Positions 11,844 to 21,295 of a stretch of DNA of 64,000 nt are shown here, in pieces. Below the pieces are notes generated by a model, which was not told the DNA's origin, ran no database searches, and saw nothing but the letters and a program-made list of their open reading frames with translations. Each line of letters opens with the position of its first letter. Position 1 is the first letter of the stretch. Origin of the DNA: Deltaproteobacteria bacterium (GTDB lineage Bacteria > UBA10199 > SPLOWO2-01-44-7); NCBI GenBank assembly GCA_023265595.1, contig JAHFSU010000004.1, forward strand, positions 1,667 to 65,666, given 5' to 3'. Position numbers and translations under genes: made by a program.

Positions 11844-13604
11844 TCAAGTTCGCTTAAACCATTTTTCGATTTCGCTCAGCGAGAGTTCAACGCTTGTTGG
11901 GCGGCCATGAGGGCAATGGGTGGCGTGGTATTCATCCATCTCGATCAACAGATGGCGCATTTCTTCGAAGGACAATTTATCCTGAGCCCGCACCATCGTA
12001 TGACAAGAGATCGTTTTCAAAACGTGATCGATCGCATTGCCGACCGTTTGTGCCGTCCCTATCTCCTCTAATTCCTCGGCTATTTTTTCCAGCAGTTCCT
12101 TGGTTTTGGCTTCGCGAATCAAGGCCGGCACCGCTTTGATGACAAAAGTGTTTTGACCAAATGGTTCGATTTCGATTCCCGTTTTTTGTAAATCTTCCAG
12201 ATGACTATTCATGAGGGCGGTCTGTTTGGTTGTGGCCTCCCATGTGATCGGAACCAAAAGTCTCTGTGCCACATTTTTATTTCCCAAATTTTTCTTCAAT
12301 TTCTCAAAGCCAATTCTTTCGTGCGCCGCATGTTGATCGATCAGGATCAGTTTGCCACCAGACGCCTCGCACAAAATATAGGTATCATTAAAAGAGCCGA
12401 TGACTTTGAGCTCTTTGAAAAAAAACACTGGAAAATTTTCCGGATCGCGCAAGCGAGCCGGTTGAGAAAAGCGTCCCGGAGCCACGCCATACATTGTGGG
12501 GGCTACGAAAACTGGCGGGGCGAGGGTCGAACCCCCAATTTGGGGGTGAAATCCCCAAATTGAGGGGTGTCTTTTCGAAACCGGCTCGCTTGCGCGATCC
12601 GGAAAATTTTCAGTTTTTTTCTGCAACGCTTTTTTTATCGCCTTGGAAACAAACTCATGAATGCCCTGCGGTTTGACAAAACGGACTTCGCGCTTGGCCG
12701 GATGGACATTCACATCGACCTCTTTGGGATCGATCTCCAGATACAAAACGGCTTTGGGGTAGCGCCCCTTCATCAAAAAATCGCCGAAGCCGGCAATTAA
12801 GGCATGTTGCAACATCCGGTCGCGCAAAAAACGACCATTGAGATAAAAGTGGATATCGTTGGCCGTCGATGCCGTCTGGTTGGGAGAGACAAGCCATCCT
12901 TTTAGTGTCAACTCCGGATGCCTCTCTTCGACCGCAATCCCATTGGCAACAAAATCATCGCCTAAACAAGATTGCAGTCGCTGCAAAGGATCTTTCCCCA
13001 CAGGAGATGAAATTTTCGAAACACCATCAACAGAATAATCAAACGCACAATCAAAGTTGGATAAAGCCAAACGGATAAAAATGTCTTCAATGTGGCCCAG
13101 CTCCACTCCGTCTGATTTCAAAAATTTAAGACGGGCCGGCGTGTTGTAAAAAAGTTCCTGCACCAAAACACGTGTCCCTTTGGGAGAGGCGGCCGGACTC
13201 GCCTCAACAACCTTTCCTCCATGCACCTGAACAGCGGCCCCTTCCAGAGTGGCCTCTTGGGCCTTTGTCCAAATCTTCATTTTGGAAACGGCCGCAATGG
13301 AGGGGAGCGCTTCGCCGCGAAACCCGAGTGTCCGAATATTGAAAAGATCCCCCTCACCGGCAAGTTTGCTGGTGGCGTGGCGTTGAATGGCCAACTGAGC
13401 CTCTTCCAAACTCATGCCACAGCCGTTGTCGGAAATTTCAATCTGGTCGCTTGGCCTCTTGGAAACGGCCGCTTGAATATGTGTCGCACCGGCATCGATG
13501 GCATTTTCCATCAGCTCTTTGACAACCGAGGCCGGGCGCTCGACCACCTCACCGGCCGCAATTTTATCTGCCAGTTGTTGCGGCAAAATTTTGATTGGAG
13601 GCAT
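11844..13604 (-). CDS. mutL: DNA mismatch repair endonuclease MutL
   Basis: IAAGEVVERPASVVKEL, GFRGEAL, DVNVHPAKREV, DQHAAHER, CPHGRP. Confidence 0.97.
   Translation of the reverse strand: MPPIKILPQQLADKIAAGEVVERPASVVKELMENAIDAGATHIQAAVSKRPSDQIEISDNGCGMSLEEAQLAIQRHATSKLAGEGDLFNIRTLGFRGEALPSIAAVSKMKIWTKAQEATLEGAAVQVHGGKVVEASPAASPKGTRVLVQELFYNTPARLKFLKSDGVELGHIEDIFIRLALSNFDCAFDYSVDGVSKISSPVGKDPLQRLQSCLGDDFVANGIAVEERHPELTLKGWLVSPNQTASTANDIHFYLNGRFLRDRMLQHALIAGFGDFLMKGRYPKAVLYLEIDPKEVDVNVHPAKREVRFVKPQGIHEFVSKAIKKALQKKTENFPDRASEPVSKRHPSIWGFHPQIGGSTLAPPVFVAPTMYGVAPGRFSQPARLRDPENFPVFFFKELKVIGSFNDTYILCEASGGKLILIDQHAAHERIGFEKLKKNLGNKNVAQRLLVPITWEATTKQTALMNSHLEDLQKTGIEIEPFGQNTFVIKAVPALIREAKTKELLEKIAEELEEIGTAQTVGNAIDHVLKTISCHTMVRAQDKLSFEEMRHLLIEMDEYHATHCPHGRPTSVELSLSEIEKWFKRT
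12431..12611. repeat. 181-bp palindromic element translated in frame within the MutL linker
   Basis: Perfect 33-bp inverted repeat (12431-12463 / 12579-12611); core shared with 45258-45399. Confidence 0.85.
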
Positions 13605-13664
13605 AAGGGATGGCATACAAGAAAACCATTTGATGTTGAAAGGAAAAAATTGCATAACCAAAGG

Positions 13665-16253
13665 ATGCAAGTCACCAATCCAACCCGTCTCGAATGGTTC
13701 TTAAGCATGTTGGGCAGGCTTTTTGGGATGCATTCCCTTGAAGAAAAGTTGCCTCTCCCCGACACCGAAATCCTGACAGACCTTTATGAAAGCCATATGT
13801 TTGATAAAGGGAATTTTTTGTATCGTCATGTTTTAAAGCGGGTGGTTCCTTATGTCCGTCTGGATGAGAGCAACCTCGAGGCGGTCAAAGCCAAAATGAC
13901 ATTGGGCCCTTTTGTTTATGTAACGGTCAATTTGGGACAGCTCGATTATGATGTATTCAATGCAATCGTTGCAAAACAAGGGTTACCCAAGGCGCACTTC
14001 AACAATTTGATTAACATTCGTCGTTGGCTCCCCTTCAACGAAATTCGCCGAAGTTATGCCAAAAGAATCCGTTTTTTAATGCAATTTGGCGATCTGCCTC
14101 ATCCCCTTCTTTCCGGTTACGTGAGGAATCTCCTTTTAGAACAAAAAAGTCTCCTCTTCTCTTTTGACACGGGGGATGTCGATACCCTTTCAACACCCAG
14201 CCGTAATTTTTTGGAAGCACTACTCCTTCAAAGCCAAAAAGAATCGCCAAAACCGATTTTTGTAATCCCCATCCAGCTGGTTTGGGACAAACGCCCCAAA
14301 CGGGAGCAGCCTTCTCTTTTTAAAGTGCTCTCGGGTGAAACAGAATATCCGGGCAAGTGGCGCAAACTGATTTTATTTTTTAAACATTTCCGAAAAAGAT
14401 CTCTTGTTCGTTTTGGGGCGCCGATCCCTTTGGATGATTTTTCGGCTTTCGATTTGTACCAGAAAATCATCAGCTCTTTGGAGATAGAAAAGCGAACGCT
14501 GACAGGGCCATTTATCAGACCGCGGGGCTGGTTTTTGGACAGAATGTTTGAAGACGAGGCACTCTCCCGCACACTCTACGAAGTGGCCAAAGAAAAAAAC
14601 AAACCGCTTCCCTCCGTTAAAAGATTGGCACGGCGCTATGGAAAAGAGATAGCGGCCGATGTCCGTTATTCTTACATCGAGTTTGGCGCTAAAATCATCC
14701 ACTGGATTTTCAAAACTTTTTACGAAGGGGTTTTGATCGATCCGGAGGGTTTGAAAAAACTAAAAAAAACGTTGAGTCTTGGCCCCACGGTTTTGGTCCC
14801 CAACCATCGCTCGCACATCGATTATCTTTTAATGGCGCACCTATGTTACACCAACGATATTGTTATTCCTTATGTGGCGGCCGGCATCAATCTCTCCTTC
14901 TTTCCTCTCGGATTTTATTTCAGGCATTGCGGCGCCTTTTTCATGCGACGAACTTTTGCCGGCAATCTTTTGTACAAAATAGTTTTTCAAACTTATCTGA
15001 AGGTGTTGCTTGAAGAGGGCTATCTGCAGGAATTTTTCATTGAAGGGGGACGCTCCCGCACCGGAAAATTGAAAAGCCCCAAATTGGGAATGTTAGCCAT
15101 GTATTCACAAGCCATGCACGAGGGAACCACCAAAGATATTCGGTTTGTGCCGGTGAGCATTACCTACGACCGCGTCTTGGAGCAAAAATCGTATCTGGAA
15201 GAGGTGGAGGGAAAGCCAAAGCCGAAAGAAAAAACGAGAGACCTTTTGAAACTGACAAAATATCTGAAGGGTCGCTATGGAAAAATCTATGTCCATTTTG
15301 ACGACCCCATCTCTTGGCAGGAAATTTCGGGAGAAATTGAAGAAGAAAATTGGGAAAAAAAGAAACCGAAAATTGTGGAGACGCTCGCCAGCCGGATTTG
15401 CCATTCCATCAACAAACAAGTGGTCGTTATCCCGCAAGCATTGGCGGCCTCTGCCCTGCTGAGAAGCCCCAAACGAGGGGTATCGCTGGATACAGCAGAA
15501 GTTTTTTTTAAAGAACTGCTCCACTATCTTCAATGGAAACAGGTAAAACTTTCCGACACGCTCCACAAAAACCCCGAAGGGGCTTATTTTGAAGCCGTCC
15601 ACCAGTTTGAAACATCGGGGCTCATCAAAAAACATTTGGGTTTGGAAGAAACTTTTTATGAAATCCCCATCGACAAAAGACTCGAACTCGATTTTTTTAA
15701 AAACAGTTCCATTCATTATTTTGTCTCGCTCTCTCTTTGGTGTCATCTTTTGCTTTCCGGAAAATCGGAAACTTTTTTTGTGAAAAATCTGGTCGAGGCA
15801 TTTTCCTTTTTTCAAAAAATTTTCCACTATGAATTTCGTTTTAGCACCCGCCGCGCTCTGGAGGAACATTTGGACAAGCTCTGCTGCTATCTGCAGGAGA
15901 GAAAGGCAGTCGAATATCATGCCGGGGAAATGCATCTGCTAAAGGAGGGGCGGCCGTTATTGCGCGATTTTGCGGCGTTGATTCAAAATTATATCGAGGC
16001 CTATTTTGTAGCTTGGAAAACTTATCTTTTGCGGCCGATCTATCCCGACGATACCAAAGGGCTCACCAAGGCGATGCTGACACACGGCAAACACCAGCTG
16101 ATGCTGGGAGAAATTCTGTATCCGGAGGCGGTTTCGCAGGCCACATTTGAAAATGCGATTCAGGCCTTTCAAACGTTGGGACTTTTCACATCGGATTCGG
16201 AAATGGCGAAAAATTTGGAAAAGGAATTATCCAATCTCTTGGATTTTTGCTAG
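13665..16253 (+). CDS. plsB: glycerol-3-phosphate acyltransferase
   Basis: PNHRSHIDY, AAGINL, GAFFMRR, EFFIEGGRSRTGK; start moved to MQVTNP to avoid overlap with mutL. Confidence 0.88.
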   Translation: MQVTNPTRLEWFLSMLGRLFGMHSLEEKLPLPDTEILTDLYESHMFDKGNFLYRHVLKRVVPYVRLDESNLEAVKAKMTLGPFVYVTVNLGQLDYDVFNAIVAKQGLPKAHFNNLINIRRWLPFNEIRRSYAKRIRFLMQFGDLPHPLLSGYVRNLLLEQKSLLFSFDTGDVDTLSTPSRNFLEALLLQSQKESPKPIFVIPIQLVWDKRPKREQPSLFKVLSGETEYPGKWRKLILFFKHFRKRSLVRFGAPIPLDDFSAFDLYQKIISSLEIEKRTLTGPFIRPRGWFLDRMFEDEALSRTLYEVAKEKNKPLPSVKRLARRYGKEIAADVRYSYIEFGAKIIHWIFKTFYEGVLIDPEGLKKLKKTLSLGPTVLVPNHRSHIDYLLMAHLCYTNDIVIPYVAAGINLSFFPLGFYFRHCGAFFMRRTFAGNLLYKIVFQTYLKVLLEEGYLQEFFIEGGRSRTGKLKSPKLGMLAMYSQAMHEGTTKDIRFVPVSITYDRVLEQKSYLEEVEGKPKPKEKTRDLLKLTKYLKGRYGKIYVHFDDPISWQEISGEIEEENWEKKKPKIVETLASRICHSINKQVVVIPQALAASALLRSPKRGVSLDTAEVFFKELLHYLQWKQVKLSDTLHKNPEGAYFEAVHQFETSGLIKKHLGLEETFYEIPIDKRLELDFFKNSSIHYFVSLSLWCHLLLSGKSETFFVKNLVEAFSFFQKIFHYEFRFSTRRALEEHLDKLCCYLQERKAVEYHAGEMHLLKEGRPLLRDFAALIQNYIEAYFVAWKTYLLRPIYPDDTKGLTKAMLTHGKHQLMLGEILYPEAVSQATFENAIQAFQTLGLFTSDSEMAKNLEKELSNLLDFC

Positions 16254-17438
16254 CTCTTCAGAATAGGATTCATCTCTTTCCCGATTTCCCTGTTCGCCGG
16301 AATGATGGTCCCGGTTGTCTTGAGAGCTTTGGGGCTCGGCGCTGGCGAGGACCTTTTCTGTCTCAGAGGAAATAGTGCTACGCGCCAAAGGAACAATCGG
16401 CATGCGGGTTGTTTCCGGCGGCAGAAAGGCCGGGTGCAAAACGGATGTGAGGGGTTGTCCCAAATCGCCATATTCCAGACGCTCGGACATCAAAAATGGA
16501 CCCGGACTTGCCGCATTGTTTGAAAACGGGGAAACCGTTCGGGGGGTTGGATGTTCTGCAACCCCTTCCAGCAAACCGACGGCAAAAACCGGCGCCGCTA
16601 TTCTAGAAGAATAAGAAGGGAGATCTTCAAATCCCCTCTCCAAACGCTCTTGGCGTGATTGGGCGAAAGACAAAGAGGAATAAAGCGAACTCGCCGGCAA
16701 GGAATTGGAAAGTGTCGCATTGTTTTTCACCGGTGAAGAAAAATTTTCGGGAAATTGCCGGATGGCCAAAGGAATCCGATCTGAATTTTCAAGGGGCTGT
16801 GGTGAGATAGCTTCGGCAACGACCCATTCCGCGGGGAATGGAGAAGAAGAAAGGGAAATCGGCTCAACCACTTTTTCCGAAGGATCGCTATTTGAATATT
16901 TTCTTGGCATTTCCGACCGCAAACCAGAATCTGCATTGGCAAAATCGATCGCTGAAAGAATCAGAATGGGAACTACAGAAAAAATAGGAAAGCTCGGCGC
17001 TGAATAGACCACCGCACCCGTCATAACGGGTTGTGACAAAATATTCGCGGCAGGGTGTAGCGACATGGCTCTTCCATTGATAGCAGCGGTTATGGTTTCT
17101 GCATCAGGGCTAAAGCGTGTTGCCGCATTTTCGACACTTTTTCTTTTGTCCTCTTCTCGGACAACAATTTTTGGCTCTTCTTTTTTGAAAATAAATTTGT
17201 CGTCTTCATCGGGCTGAGTGGAATGATTCAACGGCTCGGCGGTACAGATGTTGTTTTCAAAATCGTAGTGAGAGGTTTGAATTTCTTCTTCTGTTAACTG
17301 GGATTCGGGTGGTGCTTCCTGTGGGGGCTCCGAGGTAAGTGATTCCGGCTCTTCGCAAACATTATCTTCGTAGTTATAATAGCGCTCTTCATCCAGCGGC
17401 GGGATTTGGGTGGTTAACTTTTTAGATTCTTCGACCAT
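16227..17438 (-). CDS. hypothetical Ser/Pro/Glu-rich protein
   Basis: 403-aa ORF with AGGAG RBS and the upstream motif; likely largely disordered. Confidence 0.7.
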   Translation of the reverse strand: MVEESKKLTTQIPPLDEERYYNYEDNVCEEPESLTSEPPQEAPPESQLTEEEIQTSHYDFENNICTAEPLNHSTQPDEDDKFIFKKEEPKIVVREEDKRKSVENAATRFSPDAETITAAINGRAMSLHPAANILSQPVMTGAVVYSAPSFPIFSVVPILILSAIDFANADSGLRSEMPRKYSNSDPSEKVVEPISLSSSPFPAEWVVAEAISPQPLENSDRIPLAIRQFPENFSSPVKNNATLSNSLPASSLYSSLSFAQSRQERLERGFEDLPSYSSRIAAPVFAVGLLEGVAEHPTPRTVSPFSNNAASPGPFLMSERLEYGDLGQPLTSVLHPAFLPPETTRMPIVPLARSTISSETEKVLASAEPQSSQDNRDHHSGEQGNRERDESYSEELAKIQEIG

Positions 17439-17465
17439 AGGCTTGCAGTCTCCTACCTATTATAG

Positions 17466-17493
17466 TTATCGTCAATTTGAATGATTTTGTTGC
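17466..17493 (-). promoter_or_regulatory. sigma-28-like promoter motif copy (GCAAC-N15-GACGATAA)
   Basis: Upstream of the RBS and ATG at 17438. Confidence 0.6.
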
Positions 17494-17548
17494 TTGCTTT
17501 TTTTTGCGCGAGCGGATACCAATCTAACTAGCTGATATTATTTAATAA

Positions 17549-18625
17549 ATGGTCTCAAAAAAGATCCAAATCGGGCTGATCGGCTTAGGCGACATGGGTT
17601 TGGGGCACATGGAGTGCCTCAAACTTTTTCCCCATGTGGCGGTGGTAGCCCTCTGCGATAGCGACAAAAAAAGGTTAAAAACGGCCTCGGGGCGCCTGAA
17701 AAAACCGGCAAAATTGTTTTCCTCCTATCAAAAACTGTTGGCCGAAAAGGATCTGGAGGCTGTTTTTGTATCGCTCCCCAATTTTTTGCATGCACCGGTC
17801 GGTTTGGCAGTTTTAAAATCGGGCAAGCATCTCTTTTTGGAAAAACCTTTAGCCCATACGGTTGCCGATGCCAAAAAACTGTTAGCCACGGCAAAAAAAT
17901 CGGATCTCATTTTTCAGGTGGGGCACGTTTATCGTCACTCCCCATTTTTTCAAACGATGGCCAATCGGGTAGCGGCCGATGCCATTGGCAAACCGGTTTT
18001 GATTTGGTGCCATGAATTTCGCCAGCCTTTTCCGCAGCGCGATTGGTTTTATGACCGTAAAAAAAGCGGCGGGACATTTATCGAAAAAAATTGCCATCAT
18101 TTTGATCTTTTCAATTGGTTTGCTAATGATCGCCCAAAACAGGTTTGCGCCTTTGCTGATTTAAGAGTGTTGAAATCGGGAACAAAGATTTCTTGCTCTT
18201 ACTGCCCCGACGGGCCTAAGGTTTTGAAGAAAAACAACACGATTGATAACGGCTGGGCGATGGTGGAATACCGGCACGGCGCAAAAGCAAACCTTGGGCT
18301 CTGCATGTTTGTGCGGCCTCCCAGAGAAATATGGCGCGGCTTAGAGTTGGGCATTATCGGCAGCAATGGTAAAATATTGATCGGCAATGTCGATTTTGGT
18401 GTGATGACCCTTTACGGCGGCTCAAAAAAAGAAGAACAAATGAAAATCAAAAACCCTCACGAAGGAAAATGGCACAGCGGCATGGTGGAAGAGCATGAGG
18501 CATTCTTGCATGCGATCCGCAAAGGAAAAAAGTCGTTGAAGAGCGTGCAAACGGCCTATGATGCCGTCGTTTTAGGTGCCGGCGCCGAACAATCGGCCAA
18601 AAAAGGAAAAATAATTTTGGTTTGA
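17549..18625 (+). CDS. Gfo/Idh/MocA family oxidoreductase
   Basis: IGLIGLGDMG, PNFLH, HLFLEKP, SGGTFIEKNCHHFD. Confidence 0.93.
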   Translation: MVSKKIQIGLIGLGDMGLGHMECLKLFPHVAVVALCDSDKKRLKTASGRLKKPAKLFSSYQKLLAEKDLEAVFVSLPNFLHAPVGLAVLKSGKHLFLEKPLAHTVADAKKLLATAKKSDLIFQVGHVYRHSPFFQTMANRVAADAIGKPVLIWCHEFRQPFPQRDWFYDRKKSGGTFIEKNCHHFDLFNWFANDRPKQVCAFADLRVLKSGTKISCSYCPDGPKVLKKNNTIDNGWAMVEYRHGAKANLGLCMFVRPPREIWRGLELGIIGSNGKILIGNVDFGVMTLYGGSKKEEQMKIKNPHEGKWHSGMVEEHEAFLHAIRKGKKSLKSVQTAYDAVVLGAGAEQSAKKGKIILV

Positions 18626-18650
18626 ATTTTTATGAAATGGACTGACATTT

Positions 18651-18721
18651 TCGGGGGTCATCTAACGGTAGGATTGCAGACTCTGACTCTGCTCGTCGTG
18701 GTTCGAATCCACGCCCCCGAA
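18651..18721 (+). tRNA. tRNA-Gln (anticodon CTG)
   Basis: Acceptor stem TCGGGGG/CCCCCGA, anticodon arm GCAGA-CT-CTG-AC-TCTGC, T arm CGTGG-TTCGAAT-CCACG; CCA not encoded. Confidence 0.95.
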
Positions 18722-18735
18722 CACTTTTATTGCTC

Positions 18736-18758
18736 CACGAAGTATCCGGTTCCTCGTG
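18736..18758. repeat. REP-like palindrome, family A
   Basis: cacgaagtatccggttcctcgtg between the tRNA and a convergent stop codon. Confidence 0.75.
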
Positions 18759-18760
18759 AA

Positions 18761-20080
18761 TTATCGTATCTCTTCTTTTAATTTTTCCAATGTGTTGACG
18801 ATTTCTGCTCGCACGACGGGATCAGGATCCGTTTCCGACATTGCGTAAAGAATCGGAATGGCCGGTTCCGCATCGCGACCCATTTTTCGCAAAGTCCTGA
18901 CAAGGATTCGCCGCACTCTGGGGTTTTGGTCTGCAAGAGCCCCAACCAATGCGGAAACCACCGAAGGTCCCATTTTTGAAACGACATCCTCCCATGCATA
19001 ATGCAAAGTCGCTCTGTCACGAAATCCCGGCAGCAGTGCAAGAAAGGTCTCGATCATTTCATCTTCAGGAACCATACTCCTCAAAGCTTTTAAAAAATCT
19101 TCGCAGACATTCACAGGAACGCAGTCTAAGCATGAATGATCGGAAGGACATTGCCCCAGTTCATGGATCAAAGCAGGCTTGGCTTTTTCTCTAACAGCCG
19201 CTTCTGCGCCTCTGGTGCGCAAAATAACGGCTGCTTGTTGTTTCAGGTTTTCGTCTCCCTCTTGCAGAGCTTTGATGAAGAGAGGAAGCACGTCACCGGT
19301 TTGAAAATCCTTATTCGACAAAGCAGAAATGGCTTGATAACGAACGTCGGGATCTTTATCTGAAGCAGCCCTGATTAATGCCGGCAGGGCCGTTTTGGCC
19401 GGAAGGTTGTTTCTCCAAATGACATGACCTGCTGCGACACGTACACGCGGATTTTTATGTGCCAGTCCGTTTATCAATACTGGGATGACCTCCTCAGGTG
19501 CATCGCGCCCAATACCTCCCAAGGCATAAACGGAAAATTCGGCAACACCCGGCCTTTCATCATCGAGTAATGCGACAAGTCCCGGGATCGCCGGTTTACC
19601 CATCTTTCCCAAAGCGTCGGAAGGAACACCTCGCATGATAGAATCACCATAAACCGATGCATCGGTCTGATCTTTTAACAACTCAAACAATGCAGAAAGA
19701 ATTTGGGGCGTGGCAATCCCTATCTCTCCCAATTCCTCAACCATTTTTTCTCTTTCCTTCCACGAATAATTATGACGCAGCCAGCGCAGGTTGATTTGGC
19801 CTGCCAGCCATTCTGCGCGGCGGCGTAGAGCTGTTTTGCCATCGCTACCGGCAATGACATTGATAAAATCTTTTGAAAATCGGGCTCTATCCATAAGATC
19901 ACGTTCTTCCGGTGTAATGACACCGGCCTTGCCCGGTTGCAATACTTGGGTCAGCGTTTTACATGCCGTCTTGTTAAATCCTGCATCTCGGCATTCTTCG
20001 GAGGTGAGTCCCTTCGGATCTTCCGCATAGGCTTTAAGAATTGTCTCGGCCTTTACAATTTCTATTTTTGCATTAGCCAT
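18761..20080 (-). CDS. HEAT-repeat protein with a unique N-terminus
   Basis: Repeated A(I/L)PxL...D.DPxVR..A..AL units. Confidence 0.88.
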   Translation of the reverse strand: MANAKIEIVKAETILKAYAEDPKGLTSEECRDAGFNKTACKTLTQVLQPGKAGVITPEERDLMDRARFSKDFINVIAGSDGKTALRRRAEWLAGQINLRWLRHNYSWKEREKMVEELGEIGIATPQILSALFELLKDQTDASVYGDSIMRGVPSDALGKMGKPAIPGLVALLDDERPGVAEFSVYALGGIGRDAPEEVIPVLINGLAHKNPRVRVAAGHVIWRNNLPAKTALPALIRAASDKDPDVRYQAISALSNKDFQTGDVLPLFIKALQEGDENLKQQAAVILRTRGAEAAVREKAKPALIHELGQCPSDHSCLDCVPVNVCEDFLKALRSMVPEDEMIETFLALLPGFRDRATLHYAWEDVVSKMGPSVVSALVGALADQNPRVRRILVRTLRKMGRDAEPAIPILYAMSETDPDPVVRAEIVNTLEKLKEEIR

Positions 20081-20086
20081 ATACCG

Positions 20087-20113
20087 TTATCGTCCCCCCT
20101 CCAAAAAAGTTGC
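20087..20113 (-). promoter_or_regulatory. sigma-28-like promoter motif copy (GCAAC-N14-GACGATAA)
   Basis: 6 nt upstream of the ATG at 20080, which has no RBS of its own. Confidence 0.65.
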
Positions 20114-20261
20114 TTTGTCTCAAGAATGCAACATGTTGTGTTGCGGCGCTACGAAATCAAAGAGTCGTAATAATAAAAACTAAATAAATTCAAAGCATTG
20201 CTCTTGTCAATCCTTGGCCTTCTTTTTGCAACATTGAGAAAGAAAAAAACAAGGAGGCAAT

Positions 20262-20486
20262 ATGGGAAACCGCATCACCGATGTAACCAGCGTGACAGAA
20301 AACTGCCGTTATGAATGGTACAAAACTCATGATGAGTTTGGCATTTTGGTGGACGATGTGCGAAAAAAGTGTGATCACTATTATCGTGCCGACTTCGCCG
20401 ATGGGAGCCAAAAAGAGGTTGCCCTTTGGGATTATTTAAAGTTTCACGTGAACAAATTATTTCACTCCTCTGAAAATACAAAATAG
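20262..20486 (+). CDS. small hypothetical protein
   Basis: Strong AAGGAGG RBS; 74 aa. Confidence 0.6.
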   Translation: MGNRITDVTSVTENCRYEWYKTHDEFGILVDDVRKKCDHYYRADFADGSQKEVALWDYLKFHVNKLFHSSENTK

Positions 20487-20593
20487 ATCTTGTTTTTATC
20501 ATAAGGAAAAAGGGACGGGAGTGTGTCTTTCTTGCGGGGCCATCAAAAATTTCGATGACCGAGGCGGGCAGACGGCTTCTTGTGAAATACCAA

Positions 20594-20620
20594 GCAACTT
20601 TTTTGGAGGCCTGCCGATAA
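20594..20620 (+). promoter_or_regulatory. sigma-28-like promoter motif copy (GCAAC-N14-GCCGATAA)
   Basis: Exact FliA -10 box upstream of the ATG at 20645. Confidence 0.7.
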
Positions 20621-20644
20621 GTAAGATAGAAAGGAAAAAATGTT

Positions 20645-20914
20645 ATGAGTAGAAAACATGCAAGAGAGCCGGTTCGGCCGTATTGTCAGCCCTGCCCCAC
20701 CTGCCCTCGTACATATGAAAACGAGTGGCACGTAGCACTAGGGCAGACTCGTACTTTACAATCTGCACTCAATGCAAAACAGGCGGAGCTGAATCAAACA
20801 GCGGCACAACTGCAAGAGACCCAAGCGACGCTCAACGCCAGCCGCGACTGTTTCAAGGAGATCGATCCTCAGAAACAATTGCAGTGTCTGAAATTACAGT
20901 TGGTTTATAAATAA
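20645..20914 (+). CDS. small coiled-coil hypothetical protein
   Basis: CQPCPTC followed by a heptad-rich Q/A/L segment; promoter motif upstream and hairpin downstream. Confidence 0.65.
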   Translation: MSRKHAREPVRPYCQPCPTCPRTYENEWHVALGQTRTLQSALNAKQAELNQTAAQLQETQATLNASRDCFKEIDPQKQLQCLKLQLVYK

Positions 20915-20947
20915 CAAAGCCTGTGGTGTTTAAGACCACAGGCTTTG
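20915..20947. terminator. hairpin between convergent genes
   Basis: CAAAGCCTGTGGT-loop-ACCACAGGCTTTG. Confidence 0.6.
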
Positions 20948-20967
20948 CCAAGACAACAGGGAGATAA

Positions 20968-21183
20968 TTATTTCTTTTTCTTTTTCTTGCCGCCAGACTT
21001 GGCCACTTTTTGAGTAGCGGCCTGCTGTGTGTCTTGTTTTGCAGCCGTATCCGTATTACCACTCGGAGCGGTAACAGCGGTGGCCGGCTGGGCAGGCGAT
21101 GTCGCCTTTTTGGAATCCGCTAAGGCCCCAACGCTTGCCAAGGCGAAAGCGGCTACGACCAACATTGTGAGTGAACGTTTCAT
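20968..21183 (-). CDS. small secreted Ala/Lys-rich protein
   Basis: AGGAGGT RBS, signal peptide ending ALA, poly-Lys tail; divergent from a two-component system. Confidence 0.75.
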   Translation of the reverse strand: MKRSLTMLVVAAFALASVGALADSKKATSPAQPATAVTAPSGNTDTAAKQDTQQAATQKVAKSGGKKKKKK

Positions 21184-21295
21184 AAGTTCACCTCCTTTTA
21201 ACTGGCCTTCTATCCATGGAAGATGAACTCATCATGAGTCGAAAATTATTTTTTTTTAATTTTCATACGGCCTATTTAGAGTATAGAGAGGCCTT

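Noticed and set aside
13221..13664. N-terminal extension of PlsB in the ORF track
   Set aside because: It overlaps mutL antisense; the likely start is 13665.
15105..15935. 276-aa antisense ORF, and similar shadow ORFs at 25245, 47911, 54216 and 58661
   Set aside because: They lie opposite well-supported genes and show no motifs.
18651..21183. tRNA-anchored genomic island or prophage
   Set aside because: No integrase, no duplicated tRNA 3' end and no phage genes seen.
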